This document shows positions 63,600-64,000 of a DNA stretch of 64,000 nt, piece by piece (position 1 is the first letter of the stretch; each line of letters starts with the position of its first letter). The stretch is taken from the IMG/VR virus record IMGVR_UViG_3300020391_000004, positions 32,001 to 96,000 of that record. One strand, written 5' to 3'. This stretch comes from a virus. The translations under genes were made by a program, and so were the position numbers. The notes under the pieces are model-generated. The model made no database searches. It had not been told where the DNA came from and was given only the letters and a program-made list of their open reading frames with translations.

Positions 63600-63780
63600 T
63601 AAACAATCAGTACCGCTTTCGCCTACGGTACCGGGAACAATCTAGTTTTCGGTCTATGGGTTCCCTGAGTAGTTCCTCACTTGTAAACCCCATACAGCTT
63701 CTCCCGCAGGTCCGTCACTGTATCCTAACCGTTACATTATCGCCGCATTGTATAATCCTTTAACATTGTTAACTACCATT
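63600..63780 (-). ncRNA. Candidate structured non-coding RNA (unassigned)
   Basis: GC-enriched intergenic stretch with several perfect stems (GTACCG/CGGTAC, GGGAAC/GTTCCC, ATACAG/CTGTAT) and GAAA loops on the minus strand. Confidence 0.5.
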
Positions 63781-63781
63781 T

Positions 63782-64000
63782 TTAAGCCGCCGCCTTAAAC
63801 GCTGTCTGCACATAAGGCTTATTCCATTTACCTATATTAATATCATTATAGTAAGCAGTATGAAAGTAATCACTTTGATAATCTGATTTATCAAACCATT
63901 TAGTACCTTTCATAGCTGTAATTAATTCTAATAAAAACTGTCTAGCATCTCCTGAATACCAACTGTCTATATGATATACATTAACCTGTGTATAACCATC
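63782..64000 (-). CDS. Partial conserved-type phage protein (C-terminus)
   Basis: Hand translation ...DKSDYQSDYFHTAYYNDINIGKWNKPYVQTAFKAAA*. Confidence 0.7.
   Translation of the reverse strand, partial: DGYTQVNVYHIDSWYSGDARQFLLELITAMKGTKWFDKSDYQSDYFHTAYYNDINIGKWNKPYVQTAFKAAA

Noticed and set aside
63690-63725. Group II intron domain V (AGCTGTATG) or SRP RNA (TTCTCCCGCA, CAGGTCC) look-alikes
   Set aside because: The required pairing partners and the GGAA/AGCAG SRP loop are missing.
63575-63763. Plus-strand 62-aa ORF across the structured region
   Set aside because: It starts inside the minus-strand promoter, has no RBS and an atypical composition; structure explains the sequence better.

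Overview
AT-rich 64 kb segment of a large, probably marine, T4-like (myovirus-type) phage genome. Genes are densely packed and almost all lie on the minus strand. No tRNA, rRNA, CRISPR array, intein or transposase was found. Left to right: PAAR spike; glutaredoxin; an amidinotransferase/ATP-grasp-like/aminoacyl-transferase-like/radical SAM cluster; nrdB-methyltransferase-nrdA; tail fibre; exonuclease; a head/internal-protein module (14-25 kb); a replication module (two DnaE-derived ORFs of 565 and 190 aa, DnaB/gp41-like helicase, primase, gp62-like clamp loader subunit, UvsW-like helicase, endonuclease III); auxiliary metabolic genes (purM, rpiB, pyrD-like, sufE, ferredoxin, nqrM-like, psiE, tctA/tctC-like); and an early region with repeated sigma70 promoter cassettes and many small ORFs. 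Paralogous glycan-modifying-type enzymes (4 GT10-like, 5 SGNH, 3 sulfotransferase-like, 2 amidinotransferases, 2 radical SAM) sit singly between core genes. Best novelty candidates: a 190-aa minimal C-family polymerase retaining all three catalytic Asp; the amidinotransferase cluster; an element complementary to the phage's own AGGAGAGA ribosome-binding site; a structured ~180-nt intergenic RNA at 63.6-63.8 kb; and SutA-like and RNAP alpha-CTD-like small proteins. Family names come from motif recognition by eye, not database searches. Some starts were adjusted from the ORF track and some short ORFs were translated by hand.
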